DNA of 53,943 nt from positions 1-53,943 of the IMG/VR virus record IMGVR_UViG_3300035670_000275; one strand, given 5' to 3'. The notes beneath the pieces are model-generated. The model saw only the letters and a list, made by a program, of their open reading frames with translations, was not told the DNA's origin and did no database searches. Of the stretch, positions 36,695 through 47,053 are shown piece after piece. The number at the start of each line of letters is the position of its first letter. Position 1 is the stretch's first letter. The DNA is from a virus (taxonomy: Duplodnaviria; Caudoviricetes). A program made the translations under genes and the position numbers.

Positions 36695-38899
36695 TTAATT
36701 AAATGTTGATGCCCAACCATTGGCATATTCTTCTAATGCGTATCCACCCTGTGCATACGGGTCAACGATTACATATCCATCTTCGGATATCGTATCTATT
36801 GTAGAATCTGTATTATTTATAACCTTATCAAATAATAGTGGCGGATACTGATCATCCGCCATAGTGGCTATTGAATCGCTGTCCAATATAGCTTTACTAA
36901 AATCGTGGGTAAGAACTTCATCAAACGCTGTTGTTTTTAGAGTCACCGCCAAGTTACCAACATCATCCTCAGCCGACAAAGTGGTATCTAGAGTTTGTTC
37001 ATCTGCTAAAAATATGCTCTGTACGTCATCAAATGTGGTCTCACCAACGTAGCCAAGACCAAGGCTCTTAAACACAGTAGAAACAGTTTCTTGACTTTGA
37101 ACCGTCATTGTAACTGAATCATCATCTGGTTTTTTAATTATATCAAAAAACGGAATCTTATACTGAGCCCATAATACGTTATCAACAAACGGATATTGGT
37201 TACCATCCGTTTGGTCCTGCGAATCGCTTAAATCTTTTGTAAATTCTTTAATTGACTCTTCATCGGTTACAAATTGAGTATCATATAAAGTAACGCCAAG
37301 AGATTTAATAAGAGCTTCAAGAGCAACAGATAAACCAAAATCATTTTGGATACTATATTCACCAAACATCATCATACCAGATGGGTGTAGCATCGAACGA
37401 ACGACTGATGCATAAGTATCTAACTGTTTGTCAATACGAATAACGTATGAAAACGCTTGATAGTAATATGAGTCTTGGATGAACATTGAATCATCCAAAA
37501 ATCCATCGTTAGTTTTATAATAACCTGGATATTTAGCAATTGCACCAAGAGATACATTCAATAGCGCTGGGTTTCCAGTTAAAGTGTCTTTAGCATCAAC
37601 GAAGAACTGTCGAGCAATTGTACCAACATATGCACCATCGGAATACTCTGAAGACCAATAATCACCATAGTTAAGATAACCACCTTCTGTGAAACCATTC
37701 AAACCATCAGAAAATTCATAGCTGTAATCAATACCCAGTATTGCTTCTGCATCTGCACCAGAGCCAGTATCGCCAACTTGAGGGATAATGTTAACGAATG
37801 CAGTTGTATATCCAGTACCATGAGTGTCCACCACAATATCTGTAATAACACCGCCACTTACAACTGCGTGAGCAGTTGCTCCAGTTCCATTACCACCAAT
37901 TAATACTGTTGGCGTTTGAGTATAACCGCTACCGCCAGAAAGTATATTAACAGAGCCGACAACATCTGGAACTAAAGAATATGTGATAGATGCTGATGAT
38001 TTATTTGTTTTTGTTTTTCGTGTACTTACCGCTGATGATGGCAGAACAGTAACAGAAAAATCTGTGTCATATCCGATAGCAAAACGAATAATGTCAAGGT
38101 TTACTAAACCACCAACATCATCTGTTTTTGTAACCTTGAACCAGAAAGCAGTACCATCACCAGAAGAAACTTCAAAAACTTGACCTGGTTTGAAACCAAT
38201 ACCATGTTCTTGAACTCTAATTCTAGCAGTACATGGCAAAATTTGCCCTTGGAATTCACTCTTGTATTTTAGGGTGTCTCCTGGGATAATAGAACCATAG
38301 AAATTTCTATCCAAGAAAAACTCATATACGTTTTCGCTAAACTGAACGACTTTTTCTACGTTTGCTGTAATTTTATTTAATGGCGCAGTAGAATTAGTTA
38401 AAGAAGTTCTAACAATTTTCTTTGATGTTTGAATATCAATACTTTTACCGACTAACGAAGATGGATCCCCAATATCAACTCTAACAAAAAGAGAAACGTC
38501 TTGTTGCCAACGTCCATCGGATACTCGTAGCATTTGCTTACCTGGATAATCCATGTAAACATCTCTACCATATAAAAGTCTAAACAATAGTTTATATGAA
38601 GCCTCAGAACCTTTTGATAGATATTGATCTTTAATGTTCTTTAGAAGATACTTCTCAGTTTCTACGCTATCACTTAATGGATAATTATGAGCCAGTTCAG
38701 CTTTAAAATATTTAACAAATTCATCTAAAGTTTCGTCAATATCTCTAATCTTAGATAAATCAACATTCGATTTATCTAAGAAGTCATAGTACGCTTCAAC
38801 GAAAGCTACGAATGTTGGGTATTCGGCTCTAATAAACTCTGGCAGCTGACTCGCCACCAGAGTTTTTAATTTAGCACGAACGTTAGTTTCAATACGCAT
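36695..38899 (-). CDS. gp7: Baseplate wedge protein gp7-like
   Basis: SQLPEFIRAEYPTFVAFVEAYY, KNIKDQYLSKGSEASYKLLFRLLYG, IQDSYYYQAFSYVI, LHPSGMMMFGE. Follows gp6. Confidence 0.75.
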   Translation of the reverse strand: MRIETNVRAKLKTLVASQLPEFIRAEYPTFVAFVEAYYDFLDKSNVDLSKIRDIDETLDEFVKYFKAELAHNYPLSDSVETEKYLLKNIKDQYLSKGSEASYKLLFRLLYGRDVYMDYPGKQMLRVSDGRWQQDVSLFVRVDIGDPSSLVGKSIDIQTSKKIVRTSLTNSTAPLNKITANVEKVVQFSENVYEFFLDRNFYGSIIPGDTLKYKSEFQGQILPCTARIRVQEHGIGFKPGQVFEVSSGDGTAFWFKVTKTDDVGGLVNLDIIRFAIGYDTDFSVTVLPSSAVSTRKTKTNKSSASITYSLVPDVVGSVNILSGGSGYTQTPTVLIGGNGTGATAHAVVSGGVITDIVVDTHGTGYTTAFVNIIPQVGDTGSGADAEAILGIDYSYEFSDGLNGFTEGGYLNYGDYWSSEYSDGAYVGTIARQFFVDAKDTLTGNPALLNVSLGAIAKYPGYYKTNDGFLDDSMFIQDSYYYQAFSYVIRIDKQLDTYASVVRSMLHPSGMMMFGEYSIQNDFGLSVALEALIKSLGVTLYDTQFVTDEESIKEFTKDLSDSQDQTDGNQYPFVDNVLWAQYKIPFFDIIKKPDDDSVTMTVQSQETVSTVFKSLGLGYVGETTFDDVQSIFLADEQTLDTTLSAEDDVGNLAVTLKTTAFDEVLTHDFSKAILDSDSIATMADDQYPPLLFDKVINNTDSTIDTISEDGYVIVDPYAQGGYALEEYANGWASTFN

Positions 38900-40731
38900 T
38901 AAACGTTCCTGATAGAAGTAAAGATATAATTCTTACCAGCCTGATTAGAACCAGCAGAAGTCATGTCATTGACAACATTAACAGTTAGATAATCTCTTGC
39001 AACTTGCACAATCTGATTGTATGCAGTAACAACGTCATATGATTCTGGTTTTAGGATTAATTCAAAGCTGGCATCAGCCATTGAAGTAATTGTTAAGTTT
39101 CTAATAATCAAAGAACCAGTTTCATAGTTGACTGAACCAATAGTTGGGTCAACGATAAATTTGTTCTGGTTGGCATCAAAATAGAATAAACGTAAATTAC
39201 CTATACCATCGTCATCAATATAATGCACATTAGCAGAGTTTGGAATATAAAAACCAGTAGATAAAACGGATTCAGCTGGAATAGTTGAACGATAGATTGG
39301 GTTAATCATATTCAACTTATATTCAGAACTGATATTATATCGTGGTGTAAACTCTCTACGAACTAGAATTTTAGTTGTGTTGTTTACAAGAGCTTGGTCA
39401 GATTCATCGATAAGTCTAACCAATTGAGAATAGCGTAAGACACCATCAAACTTTTTAAGGTTAGTATCATCATATTCATAAATTGAATCGCGAATAATTG
39501 TTTCTAACTGAGCTGGTGTTTTATCTGAGATCTTAGAGTTATAGTAAGCAGTGACGTCAATTTGTACATTGAAATACTCTGGATCAACGAATTCTGGTGT
39601 AATAGAAACAATAGATTTCGGCGCAATAATGTTGTACCTAATATAATCCTTTTGAGCTTGAGTTAGTTTTGTTGTGTCTGATGGTTTAATACATATAAAC
39701 GTTTTTCCATAAACTGGAGGGTCGTTGTCTTCACCACCCCACACTACAATAGATTGTGCTTGAGGGAAGTTCTTGTAAATAAGAGACTTATAATCTTCAG
39801 TTGTAACTGCACGGTTTTGAGCAGCATATAATCTCGGTGCGTTGTATTTGATAGAATCAATAGTTTCAGAAGATGAACCACCCGATGCGGCACCAGAGGC
39901 AACAACTGTCAAACCAGAACCTAAAATAGATGAACCAGCATATGAAAAAGTATTTGCGCCATTCGGTGCTTCTAAGCTAGAAACGTAATATTCTAGAGAC
40001 AAATAATTACCATTTTGAGGTTTATAACCAACCGTGCCATCGCCAAAATAAATCTCGTATAAACCATCATCAAGTTCTTTAATGAAATATGCTTTTGTGC
40101 CAGAATCTAAAGAAGTCATAGATTCAGCTGGAGTGAAAACGATAAATGAATCTTCTGTTGCAGTTTCTCTTAGCTTAACTTTTAAAGTTGACATATCAAC
40201 GTTTGCGTTTGGGATAATATATCTCTGTCCCTGAGAGATGTAATAGTTGTATATGAGAGGAGTACCCTCAATTAATTCAACGTCATTAAAAGTATAATAA
40301 CCACCAGCAGCAACTGTTGTAACGTCGGATGTGTTATAGAATGTGTATGAGACGCCATCAATTGATGTTAAGAACGGTTGACCAGAAGGTAAAGTAACAA
40401 CGTCTGGATTATAAGTTGGAGCAGTAACTGTGGCATTAACTTTAACCTTGGCACATGCTGCCGAGTTTGGGACATAACCCAACATCTTAGCGAGAGAAAC
40501 GACTGATGCACGTTTAGTGGCAGAATCCAAGAACATCTCATTAACTGCAAGGTTAGTATATAATGCATTGTAATGAGTGTTGTATGCTAGGATATCAAGT
40601 AGTATGGAAAAAGAAGACCCATCGAAATCATAATCTTGGAATTGTTCTTGTCCAGCTAAAAATGATTTAAGATTAGATTTGATTGCATCAAAGTCTAGGT
40701 CACCGACTTTAATTCTTTTTGAATTTGCCAT
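38899..40731 (-). CDS. gp6: Baseplate wedge subunit
   Basis: LDFDAIKSNLK.FL..Q..F.DYDFDGS...LLDILAYNTHYN, YEIYFGDG, SIKYNAPRLYAAQNRAVTTEDY, WGGEDNDPPVYGK. Confidence 0.95.
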   Translation of the reverse strand: MANSKRIKVGDLDFDAIKSNLKSFLAGQEQFQDYDFDGSSFSILLDILAYNTHYNALYTNLAVNEMFLDSATKRASVVSLAKMLGYVPNSAACAKVKVNATVTAPTYNPDVVTLPSGQPFLTSIDGVSYTFYNTSDVTTVAAGGYYTFNDVELIEGTPLIYNYYISQGQRYIIPNANVDMSTLKVKLRETATEDSFIVFTPAESMTSLDSGTKAYFIKELDDGLYEIYFGDGTVGYKPQNGNYLSLEYYVSSLEAPNGANTFSYAGSSILGSGLTVVASGAASGGSSSETIDSIKYNAPRLYAAQNRAVTTEDYKSLIYKNFPQAQSIVVWGGEDNDPPVYGKTFICIKPSDTTKLTQAQKDYIRYNIIAPKSIVSITPEFVDPEYFNVQIDVTAYYNSKISDKTPAQLETIIRDSIYEYDDTNLKKFDGVLRYSQLVRLIDESDQALVNNTTKILVRREFTPRYNISSEYKLNMINPIYRSTIPAESVLSTGFYIPNSANVHYIDDDGIGNLRLFYFDANQNKFIVDPTIGSVNYETGSLIIRNLTITSMADASFELILKPESYDVVTAYNQIVQVARDYLTVNVVNDMTSAGSNQAGKNYIFTSIRNV

Positions 40732-41120
40732 TATCGTGTTCTCTCTAAGATTAGTTCAAGAGTTATTGGTCGTTCTGTATTAACTATTTTAAACTCAATT
40801 GATACATACAGAGCATTGTTTTCTGGAGATGCAATAACAGATACATCTGTCAAATTAACTCTAGGTTCGAAATTAGATATAAGGTCAATGATTGCTCTTC
40901 TGACCATATGAGCTGTCATAGGGGTCATCGGATCAAACAATAAACTTTTTACAGGTGAACCAATTTCGCTATGAAACGGTCTCTCGAAGTTCCTTGTTAA
41001 GATTAAATTCTTAACAGACTGTTTTATAGCATTGTCGTCAAACCTGCGTGAAATATCCCCCGTCACTGGGTGAGGAGTAAAATTCAGGTCTAGATCAGAA
41101 AAAATTCTTGTTTTGCTCAT
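40731..41120 (-). CDS. gp25: Baseplate wedge subunit / sheath initiator
   Basis: FSDLDLNF..HPVTGD, AIKQSVKNLILT...ERPF..EIGS, NFEPRV motifs. Confidence 0.93.
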   Translation of the reverse strand: MSKTRIFSDLDLNFTPHPVTGDISRRFDDNAIKQSVKNLILTRNFERPFHSEIGSPVKSLLFDPMTPMTAHMVRRAIIDLISNFEPRVNLTDVSVIASPENNALYVSIEFKIVNTERPITLELILERTR

Positions 41121-41125
41121 TTGTA

Positions 41126-41133
41126 TATTTAGT
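41126..41133 (-). promoter_or_regulatory. Late promoter-like box (ACTAAATA) upstream of gp25
   Basis: TAAATA core only 5 nt before the gp25 ATG. Confidence 0.45.
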
Positions 41134-41426
41134 TATTCTATGAATGTGTTATTGGAACCTTCTGCACAAACATCACCGCATGCAATATTATCACCAATTC
41201 TTAGAGGCAATTTACCCTCTATTTTCGTTTTACTTGCACCGCTTATACCATTTCTAACAGATGATTCATGGACTGTTGTGCCGCAACTATGTGGTGCGTA
41301 CAGATCCCCATGTAAAGCAACATTCTTACTGTTAACCTGAGTTTTTGATGAAGAAGCTGATATACTGGTTGGAGGGAAACATGCGTGCCCAGTTGATAAT
41401 TGGTTGTCTAAAACTATTGCTGGCAT
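41133..41426 (-). CDS. PAAR-domain spike tip protein (gp5.4-like)
   Basis: TGHACFPPT, HGD...PHSC...H, RIGDNIACGD...GS.NTF motifs with His/Cys metal ligands. Confidence 0.88.
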   Translation of the reverse strand: MPAIVLDNQLSTGHACFPPTSISASSSKTQVNSKNVALHGDLYAPHSCGTTVHESSVRNGISGASKTKIEGKLPLRIGDNIACGDVCAEGSNNTFIE

Positions 41427-41902
41427 TATCTCTCGCTTATGCTGTTATTAACCACAGTTTTTAACTGGTTTTTACCAACATCCCAATCATTGGTAACTAT
41501 AATTGAAAATTGAGTATTCACAATTATATTGGATGGGGTGCTAGTTGCTGTTGCGTTGTAGTAAAATGTTTTATATTGCACCATTGGAGGGTGAAATGAC
41601 ACCAATTCTCTGACATTAGAAACACCATTCCAGTCATCCACTGTAATATAATTACCAGATTTGGATAAAAATGTTATATTGTATCCATCAAACGAAGAAG
41701 AATAATACCCACTAATGCTAGCAGAAGCCCCTGAAGAAAGAATAATATTGGTTTTTGGTTCAACTGCAGTTAACACAACATCCCATGTATCTGTTGGGTA
41801 ACTAACAGTATCACTATATGATATTGAAACGTTAAAGGAAACCAGTTCCTTCAACGCTCCTTGACCATATATTGGGGTGCCAGGATCAATTGACCAAGCC
41901 AT
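41426..41902 (-). CDS. Hypothetical protein, gp5.1-like
   Basis: 158 aa between gp5 and PAAR. C-terminal IVTNDW...QLK..V resembles the end of T4 gp5.1. Confidence 0.5.
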   Translation of the reverse strand: MAWSIDPGTPIYGQGALKELVSFNVSISYSDTVSYPTDTWDVVLTAVEPKTNIILSSGASASISGYYSSSFDGYNITFLSKSGNYITVDDWNGVSNVRELVSFHPPMVQYKTFYYNATATSTPSNIIVNTQFSIIVTNDWDVGKNQLKTVVNNSISER

Positions 41903-44900
41903 TACTTACCTTTTGGTGGAATTGAGTCAATCAAATAGAAACCATAAGGAATACCTTTTTCGTTTCTCTTATACGTTGAGTCATTAACCATAGTGAACGC
42001 CATTCTTCTGTTGTTATCTTTTCGATAGCTAATATGCATCCAAACAGAAGATGGATATCTATATTCTAAAATCATTTGATCATATGGTACTAGTCTTTCT
42101 AAAACCTGTATCAGAGCATATGTTTTATTATTTTTGTCTGGGTCAATAAGGGCTATATCAATGCAATGACCCTTACAGTGGTCCGATGTTGCCGATTCAT
42201 TAGGAACAACACCTTTCAGGCGATATCCTGATGTTATAGTCCACTGCTTATTAAACCCAGAAATTCCACCTGGCAAAGACTCTAAACAAGGCTCAAGAAC
42301 GTTATTTGCAGTTTCTGCTAGGTTACTTACAATTTCTTGTACAGTATACAAACGCTCTGGGGAGTTTTTGTTAATCTTTAACATCTGCGGGGTTAATCTA
42401 TGTTTACCACCGACGCCACCAGAAATCATCATACCAAGACTAATATTTTTAGATAAACGATAGTCGTTTGTAAAGTCTTTAGTTGTTAAGATTAGAGAAG
42501 TATCCACAGCAACAGAGGTCTTAGAACCGCCAGAAAGGACTGCAGAAGAATCAGTAGCTACTGGCGCAGGTGCTCCGTCAATTCCTTCTTCCTTCGCAAC
42601 CTTAGCTGCGGTCGATCTACCTTCTGGCGTATCCCAGTCATCTGGCGTTTCAATAACAGCTCTCTCTTCAAACTGTCTTTCTGGTGGGATGCTGTATTTA
42701 ATAGAAGAATTTAGTGGTGAACCCGCTGCAGGCACTGTTAGTTCTGGACCAACCTGAAGATCTTCTAGATCTTTAGAACCGCTTGCACCCATACCAAAAT
42801 TACCTTGGCCATAATCCATATTTGTAGTTCCACCAGATAGATAATTAGAATCTCCAGTAGCTTCAACGTTGGTTGTATCACCCTTAACAAAAACACCAGC
42901 AGTAGCTTGTACGTTCAAGTCAGCCTGTGATTTTATATTAACCTCACCTGCTTCCAAATTAAACTTCCCAGAAACCTTCATGTTAACGTTGTCGCCAGAA
43001 ACTAAATTGATGTCATTAGCTGCACCAATATTCATATTGTTTCCAACAACAACGTTTGCATTAGCTGCAACTTCAATATTAGCGTCTGATCTAGCAAAAA
43101 TATTTGTATTACCATCCACAGTAATGTTACACTCACCAGCAACGTGGATACATCCATTCTGTTCCATTAAGATGAAGTTATCACCAACAATATAATTTAC
43201 TTGTGTTCCGTTGGCATCAACTTCAGTAAATGTACCAGAGCGATGATATGTGTGAACACGCTCTTGACCTGGTGTATCATCAAACTCTTGGACGTGTCCA
43301 GATTCAGTTTCAAAAACTTTGTTGTACGGATATTTGGCACCATATGGTGCTGGAGGTTGATCCCAAACCCCACCAACAACACCCTTCGGTATTGATGTTA
43401 TTCTAGTCGAGTCCTTCAGCTTAACAACAGTGCCTTCAATAACACCACGTGCTAGACGGTTAACATCAGACTCCCCAATATATTCTTTTAAAGGATACTT
43501 GTTATTTGGATCTCTGAATCCAATACCAAACGAACCAGAAGTAATTGATTTGTTCGATGGTCCTGGTTTTGTACTAATACCCTCAAGAGGTTCTCCTGGC
43601 GAAGCTGCACCTGCGTCTTTAATAAATCCACCAGAACTTTGAACACCATAAAAGTATTCATAGTACGATAATTTTCTTGCAGCAATATCTGGTGTATTTA
43701 CACCAACAGCTTTTTTAGCTGCATAAAAGTAATCTGGGTGTGCGTTTGGGTTAATAGAAGATGAAACTCTATCTTTAATGTAGAGTGCTGAAATAATAGC
43801 ACTAACCTCAATATCGCTAACCAGTAAATCTGGATTATTAAGAATATCAGCATCTAAACCAAGGGCTTTGGCTTTATCTGCATATCTTTTATAATTACTC
43901 TTACCAGTTAATTGGATAAACCCTCTGCCGTAATAATTACCAGCTTCTTCATCTGTTAAATGACCAAAGAAACCTTTACCACGTTTTGTTGGTCCATAAC
44001 ACCAAGAAAAGAATTCTTTCCTAGAAACACCTTTCTTCGTTGCATTAGAATATTTGTCTATATCTTCAGGCGTGGCGAACGAGAAAACTTGTTTTAATCT
44101 AGACTCAGTATAGTTGTATGCTTCTTCTTGTGGAACCCACCCAGATTCACCACCAGCAATACCCAATAATGCGCACTTCTGTTCTTTTGTAGTTAACCCA
44201 ACTTTATCGCATGCTGCAATGATAGCTTTAATACCTTCAGTCGCTTTAGTTGTCGTTGTTTTAAAATTTGGCGGTGGTATTGTTGGAATATCGTTATTTG
44301 TCGGAGAAGACTTAACAGATACATTACGTTCAGTGGCGGAAACAACAGCAGTTTTAGATTCAGCAACAAATTTTGTATTTGACAATGGTGGCAAAAATTC
44401 TATAATGTTTTCACCGAAATCTCTAACAACGCTGGATATAGTTATTTCAGTACCACTATCAATAGAAATAATAGTTGTACCTTCTTGAATACCATAACCA
44501 ACAACACGCATGTTAGCCTGCAATTTGTTAGTAATATCAGTTCTACCAGCAATCGGGTCATAGACAGTTATTTTATTTCCATTATTTTTACCTGGTATGG
44601 ATCTAAGAGTAATTTTATCTAATGCGTCTGATTGAATAATTGGACCAGAATCATCAAAGTCAATTGGTACAGGTTCAGTGGCAATACCACCAACAGCACC
44701 AAGGATAAGACCCTGTTGCATAGAATCGTCTAAGTATGTTACAACTACTGATGTTCCCTCAACTGGACCAACATAACTAAAACCAATACCATTCATAGCT
44801 GCAGAATTTGATGGTTGCATAATAGCGCACCATGGCAAATCTGATGTGGGCAATAAGTTTTTATCGTGAGTGTGTAAACCAACAACTCGGACTTGACAGC

Positions 44901-44955
44901 GACCCAACTCTAGAGGGTCGCTTCTATTTTCAACAATACCAAAATAAATATTCAT
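41902..44955 (-). CDS. gp5: Baseplate hub spike with GH19-like and M15 peptidase-like domains
   Basis: OB-fold GIVENRSDPLELGRCQVRVVGLH. GH19-like GESG...YYGRGFIQLTGKSNY. YPYNKVFETESGHVQEFDDTPGQER plus beta-helix repeats. C-terminal ITSGYR...SDHCKGHCIDI...WMHISY. Confidence 0.9.
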   Translation of the reverse strand: MNIYFGIVENRSDPLELGRCQVRVVGLHTHDKNLLPTSDLPWCAIMQPSNSAAMNGIGFSYVGPVEGTSVVVTYLDDSMQQGLILGAVGGIATEPVPIDFDDSGPIIQSDALDKITLRSIPGKNNGNKITVYDPIAGRTDITNKLQANMRVVGYGIQEGTTIISIDSGTEITISSVVRDFGENIIEFLPPLSNTKFVAESKTAVVSATERNVSVKSSPTNNDIPTIPPPNFKTTTTKATEGIKAIIAACDKVGLTTKEQKCALLGIAGGESGWVPQEEAYNYTESRLKQVFSFATPEDIDKYSNATKKGVSRKEFFSWCYGPTKRGKGFFGHLTDEEAGNYYGRGFIQLTGKSNYKRYADKAKALGLDADILNNPDLLVSDIEVSAIISALYIKDRVSSSINPNAHPDYFYAAKKAVGVNTPDIAARKLSYYEYFYGVQSSGGFIKDAGAASPGEPLEGISTKPGPSNKSITSGSFGIGFRDPNNKYPLKEYIGESDVNRLARGVIEGTVVKLKDSTRITSIPKGVVGGVWDQPPAPYGAKYPYNKVFETESGHVQEFDDTPGQERVHTYHRSGTFTEVDANGTQVNYIVGDNFILMEQNGCIHVAGECNITVDGNTNIFARSDANIEVAANANVVVGNNMNIGAANDINLVSGDNVNMKVSGKFNLEAGEVNIKSQADLNVQATAGVFVKGDTTNVEATGDSNYLSGGTTNMDYGQGNFGMGASGSKDLEDLQVGPELTVPAAGSPLNSSIKYSIPPERQFEERAVIETPDDWDTPEGRSTAAKVAKEEGIDGAPAPVATDSSAVLSGGSKTSVAVDTSLILTTKDFTNDYRLSKNISLGMMISGGVGGKHRLTPQMLKINKNSPERLYTVQEIVSNLAETANNVLEPCLESLPGGISGFNKQWTITSGYRLKGVVPNESATSDHCKGHCIDIALIDPDKNNKTYALIQVLERLVPYDQMILEYRYPSSVWMHISYRKDNNRRMAFTMVNDSTYKRNEKGIPYGFYLIDSIPPKGK

Positions 44956-44963
44956 CTTTTACC

Positions 44964-46238
44964 TTAAACTTTTCTAATTAAAGAATCTTTGATCAATTCC
45001 ATAGTGCAATCATGCCCCTGTACAGTTATAGTATGATTTATTGCGCTTATTAGATACTTGCCAGATAAAGTTTTATCAATTATATCATCGGTTGTATCAG
45101 ACTTTTGAATTGGTCTATTTCTATGTATTGTTACTTCTGCAGTCATACCAACGGTGTAGTCAGTTCTACCAGGGACTGTGATAGTCATCTTGTTGGATTC
45201 TGCCATCTTTAAAAAAGAAATTCTTTCTTGAACTATTTTTGCGTTTGTTGTATCACCGAAACTAGTAAATGTTTCAAACGCACGAGGGTAAATTATATGC
45301 TTTGAATCAACCCTGATCGGAGCTTTTTCTGTAAACATTGGATATTTGTTTAAGTGAGTTTGAGACTCAAATCTTTTTAAAGCGACGTAATTCCTAACTG
45401 TATATGTTTTTTTAGTCGAATCATACGATATTAATTTTGAAGACAACATACCTGATCTTAGCCTGTCAATAAAATCGTAAGAAACTGGAACATCATATTC
45501 TGCGATACGTTTATAATCTTCTAAGATATTAAGAGCGTTACCACCAAGAGGGACAGTGTCGCGAGTGTACTTATCTTTAATAAACTGCTGTATTGGCGCT
45601 TTTTTATATAAGTTTTCCAGAGATACAAAATTAAACCCATCTCTGTTTTCAAAGAATAAAAACGAAGCAGACTGGGATTCTGAAATGGCGTTGTCTGCCA
45701 AAAAAGTTAAATTCTTAACTGGCGACCAGAAATTTGAAATATACTTTATAGAGTTACGTGTATTCTCCACCACAAAGTTTTTCTGTGACTCTATACCATC
45801 CTGTTTATCTAAAACAAATGGTGGGACAATGTCTGAAATTTTACCAGAAAAAACTTTACTTATTTTTTTATTGGTATCTGCTATTGATTCAACAGAGATA
45901 AAAAATAATTCATAAACCACTGACCTGTCACCAGTATTAACTCTGTCTGACATTCTATAGACGTGGAATGTGCCTTCAATGACACCCCCAGGGATCGATG
46001 GCGTTGACACTCTTAGTTGTAAATATTCTTCCCCAATTAACGGGAACACGTTAGTTAAATCGTGTGCGTCTTTTAAAACAATGGAACCAGTAATAAATGG
46101 CGAAAATATATCCTCAAAAATTTGTATTTGAAGTAATTGTCCAAGAACGTCTTGAAACACACCACGGCTGGTTGTGATTACAAGTTTGTCAATACTTACA
46201 TCACCAGCAAATCTTAGATATTTTTTTGTATTAGCCAT
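44964..46238 (-). CDS. Baseplate hub protein (gp27-like)
   Basis: IFEDIFSPFITGSIVLKD, FLFFENRDGFNFVSLE, ITVPG...VG...SGKYLISAINH pattern. Position between gp53 and gp5. Confidence 0.6.
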   Translation of the reverse strand: MANTKKYLRFAGDVSIDKLVITTSRGVFQDVLGQLLQIQIFEDIFSPFITGSIVLKDAHDLTNVFPLIGEEYLQLRVSTPSIPGGVIEGTFHVYRMSDRVNTGDRSVVYELFFISVESIADTNKKISKVFSGKISDIVPPFVLDKQDGIESQKNFVVENTRNSIKYISNFWSPVKNLTFLADNAISESQSASFLFFENRDGFNFVSLENLYKKAPIQQFIKDKYTRDTVPLGGNALNILEDYKRIAEYDVPVSYDFIDRLRSGMLSSKLISYDSTKKTYTVRNYVALKRFESQTHLNKYPMFTEKAPIRVDSKHIIYPRAFETFTSFGDTTNAKIVQERISFLKMAESNKMTITVPGRTDYTVGMTAEVTIHRNRPIQKSDTTDDIIDKTLSGKYLISAINHTITVQGHDCTMELIKDSLIRKV

Positions 46239-47053
46239 TACAGAAGTTCTTCATAATTCTTTAAAATAACCTCAAGAAGTTGCGGTGAAATTATTTTAAT
46301 TTTACGCTTTTGATCATTCTCATAACGGTGCACTTGAGCTCCAGTAACTGGTATTGCACCCTCGTCTGTTGGGTTTACTCTGAGACCTTTAGAATTTATA
46401 AAATAAATTGGATTGTTTTCTCGCCCAGTAGTATTAATAATAATTGGAATAGAACCAACACCGCTAGTTTCATCACCTTCACCGAATTGAGTTATTGGAC
46501 CAAATTCTTCTTCCATACCATATCTGAACACAAAGTATTGTGTGTTTTCATCAAGACCCAAATAATCTTCTGGGAAATTAATATATTTTACAAATTTTCT
46601 AGTTTCATCAGATAGTTTAATTGTTACTGGTGCTGTTAAATATTCAGCCTGAAACGGTAATGGTTCACCTGTAGTTATTCGTAGGTGAATATAAACGTGG
46701 CCATCTTCGTGCACGTCCCAATACCAATCATTTGATCTCAATTCTGGGTTGTACACCTCAGTTATATGTCTTTGCAAAACAGTTTCTTGCATAGGGAAGT
46801 CTGTTGCGTAATCAAGTTTTTCATTTGCCAACATAATAACCCAATGATATTCAGGAGAACCATAAAATTTTTCAGCAATTATTTCTGGGGTTTCGCCATC
46901 GATGATATCATACTCGTCATATAAAGAAACATTAGCTAATACTTCTTTTTTTATTCTAATGTTTCTTGTAATATCTTTTACAACGCTGGTTTTAGTTACA
47001 CCATTACCATAATTGAAATCATACAAAAATACTGGAAAATCCTTGAAGTACAT
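46238..47053 (-). CDS. gp53: Baseplate wedge protein (LysM-like)
   Basis: MYFKDFP...YDIIDGETPEIIAEKFYGSPEYHWVIMLAN...YENDQKRKIKIISP. Confidence 0.9.
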   Translation of the reverse strand: MYFKDFPVFLYDFNYGNGVTKTSVVKDITRNIRIKKEVLANVSLYDEYDIIDGETPEIIAEKFYGSPEYHWVIMLANEKLDYATDFPMQETVLQRHITEVYNPELRSNDWYWDVHEDGHVYIHLRITTGEPLPFQAEYLTAPVTIKLSDETRKFVKYINFPEDYLGLDENTQYFVFRYGMEEEFGPITQFGEGDETSGVGSIPIIINTTGRENNPIYFINSKGLRVNPTDEGAIPVTGAQVHRYENDQKRKIKIISPQLLEVILKNYEELL

